A stretch of 63,996 bases of DNA, counting the filler, from Vicugna vicugna (Eukaryota), in NCBI GenBank assembly GCA_013265495.1. It is 80 parts of 77 records of this genome, joined end to end, with 100 filler letters (N's around TTAATTAATTAA, not from the genome) between each part and the next. Parts side by side here need not be neighbours in the genome. Positions count along the whole stretch, not along the records: positions 61,878 to 62,627 come from MU059407.1; positions 62,728 to 63,298 come from MU059409.1; positions 63,399 to 63,833 come from PNXW01009237.1; positions 63,934 to 63,996 come from MU059498.1; 76 more parts are not named here. One strand, 5' to 3'. The notes beneath the pieces are model-generated. The model searched no databases. It saw only the letters and a list, made by a program, of their open reading frames with translations, and was not told where the DNA came from. Shown piece after piece: positions 61,878 to 63,996 of the stretch. How positions within the stretch are numbered: the first letter of the stretch is position 1; each line of letters begins with the position of its first letter. Made by a program: the position numbers and the translations under genes.

Positions 61878-62627
61878 ATACAAAATATAGAATATAGAAT
61901 AGAGAATATACAACAAAGAATTAAGAACATTTGATGCAGAACATAGAATTTAGAATATAGAATAGAGAATACTGAATATACAATTTAGAATATAGACTGT
62001 ATAACACAGAATTTATAATATATAATAAAGAATACTGAATATAGATTTTAGAATATAGAATGTAGAACACACAATATAGAATGTAGAATACATAATATAG
62101 AATCCAGAATAAAGAANNNNNNNNNNNNNNNNNNNNNNNNNNNNNNNNNNNNNNNNNNNNNNNNNNNNNNNNNNNNNNNNNNNNNNNNNNNNNNNNNNNN
62201 NNNNNNNNNNNNNNNNNNNNNNNNNNNNNNNNNNNNNNNNNNNNNNNNNNNNNNNNNNNNNNNNNNNNNNNNNNNNNNNNNNNNNNNNNNNNNNNNNNNN
62301 NNNNNNNNNNNNNNNNNNNNNNNNNNNNNNNNNNNNNNNNNNNNNNNNNNNNNNNNNNNNNNNNNNNNNNNNNNNNNNNNNNNNNNNNNNNNNNNNNNNN
62401 NNNNNNNNNNNNNNNNNNNNNNNNNNNNNNNNNNNNNNNNNNNNNNNNNNNNNNNNNNNNNNNNNNNNNNNNNNNNNNNNNNNNNNNNNNNNNNNNNNNN
62501 NNNNNNNNNNNNNNNNNNNNNNNNNNNNNNNNNNNNNNNNNATAGAATTTATGGAATGCGGAACACAGATTTTAGCATATACAATACAGAACACTGAATA
62601 TAGAATTTAGAACATGGAATGCAGGAC
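61878..62627. repeat. Heptamer satellite (reverse orientation)
   Basis: AGAATAT periodic units. Confidence 0.92.
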
Positions 62628-62727
62628 NNNNNNNNNNNNNNNNNNNNNNNNNNNNNNNNNNNNNNNNNNNNTTAATTAATTAANNNNNNNNNNNNNNNNN
62701 NNNNNNNNNNNNNNNNNNNNNNNNNNN

Positions 62728-63133
62728 AAAGAAAAATACCATATGAGGTCGCTCATATGTGGAATCTAAAAATCAAAAACAAAAACAGAAACAGACAAAC
62801 AAACAAAAACAAAGCATAAATACAGGACAGAAATAGACTCACAGACAGAGAATACAGACTTGTGGTTACCGGGGGGGTGGAGGGTGGGAAGGGATAGACT
62901 GGGATTTCAAAATTGTAGAATAGATAAACAAGATTACACTGTATAGCACNNNNNNNNNNNNNNNNNNNNNNNNNNNNNNNNNNNNNNACAAAATATTATG
63001 ATAACTCACAGAGAAAAAATGTGACAATGAGTGTGTTTATGTCCATGAATGACTGAAAACTTGTGCTGAACACTGGAATTTGACACAACATTGTAAAATG
63101 ATTATAAATCAATAAAGATTTTAAAAAAATAAA
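62728..63133 (+). mobile_element. LINE-1 3' UTR with polyA signal and tail
   Basis: catatgtggaatctaaaa...gggatagactgggatttcaaaattgtag...tcaataaagattttaaaaaaataaaa. Confidence 0.9.
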
Positions 63134-63933
63134 ATGAGATGATGCAGGTGAAAATATTTTAGAAGCTAACAAGTTATCCTGAAATGAAAAAAATACCACT
63201 GTGATTGTTTATTCCCTAAAAATAGTGGAGCCGATATTTAGCTTGGATGCTAACAAAATAAACCCAGAAATGACTTTCTGTAATCCTTTTATATACAANN
63301 NNNNNNNNNNNNNNNNNNNNNNNNNNNNNNNNNNNNNNNNNNTTAATTAATTAANNNNNNNNNNNNNNNNNNNNNNNNNNNNNNNNNNNNNNNNNNNNCA
63401 GACAGCATTCATCCTTTCCTTTTTACCAACTAAACATGCCTTCGATCTGTTCTCTTTTACACACTTACTGTCCCACCGCTCAAGAGGAAGCCACCAACAC
63501 TGCCCACCTGGACTCACGAGTCTCCCAAGTGGCCCCACAGCCACTCTCCCCTACTTGATACAAATGGGATTGTGTCACTCCCACGCTTTTTGGACTCTTT
63601 TCAGACCCACTGTTCTTAGAAGTAACTCCAAGTTCTTCACCTGGTGAAACTCTTTGCCATGAAACTGTCAGCTCAGGCAGGGCAGGAGTCTTCCCTCGGA
63701 CCCACCCTCTGGCAGAGCATCAGCTTAGGAGGACCTGCTGAGCTACACCTGCCTGTATTCTAACACTTGTCTTGTGTTCTTTGCAAAATGCTTCACTTAT
63801 CCATACAAATCCAAGGTAGATTAGAAAGATTTTNNNNNNNNNNNNNNNNNNNNNNNNNNNNNNNNNNNNNNNNNNNNTTAATTAATTAANNNNNNNNNNN
63901 NNNNNNNNNNNNNNNNNNNNNNNNNNNNNNNNN

Positions 63934-63996
63934 AGAGGCTGCCTCCGAAGTTCAGGGAAGTTCTTTCTCGGACTTCCCAGAACAGGGAACACCTGT
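63934..63996. repeat. S267 satellite fragment
   Basis: ttctcggacttcccagaacagggaacacctgt. Confidence 0.85.

Noticed and set aside
153..63544. Long ORFs in the supplied track containing X runs or ending in LIN/N
   Set aside because: They read through N gaps or end in the linker, so their length is an artefact.
829..63889. Regularly recurring palindrome TTAATTAATTAA separating unique segments, superficially like a CRISPR or cassette array
   Set aside because: Always embedded in fixed-length N padding and encodes six-frame stops; it is an assembly concatenation linker.

Overview
This window is not a contiguous locus. It is a string of about 80 short, unplaced mammalian scaffolds joined by an artificial 100-bp spacer (44 N + TTAATTAATTAA + 44 N, with stop codons in all six frames; 79 spacers by my count). 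Neighbouring segments have no biological adjacency, and most ORFs in the supplied track are artefacts of N runs or satellite DNA. The L1 sequences suggest a cetartiodactyl, most likely a camelid; this is inference from memory, not a database result. Content is mainly tandem repeat: (i) a homogeneous GC-rich 267-bp satellite; (ii) a diverged, CpG-depleted ~265-bp relative of it with alternating monomer types; (iii) a homogeneous 247-bp satellite; (iv) an AT-rich trimeric 3x247-bp satellite that aligns to (iii); (v) a heptamer-based (NATTCTR) satellite. There are also many L1 fragments and ERV pieces. Recognisable gene fragments are HSFY exon 1, a frameshifted TRAV9 V gene with an intact 23-RSS and an upstream CTCF motif, a two-exon NAALAD2-like pseudogene, a frameshifted TRAPPC9 copy, and an ANKRD26/POTE-family ankyrin exon. 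I found no evidence of a new protein-coding system. The most notable signal is that four satellites fall into two superfamilies, each with a monomeric and a higher-order form.
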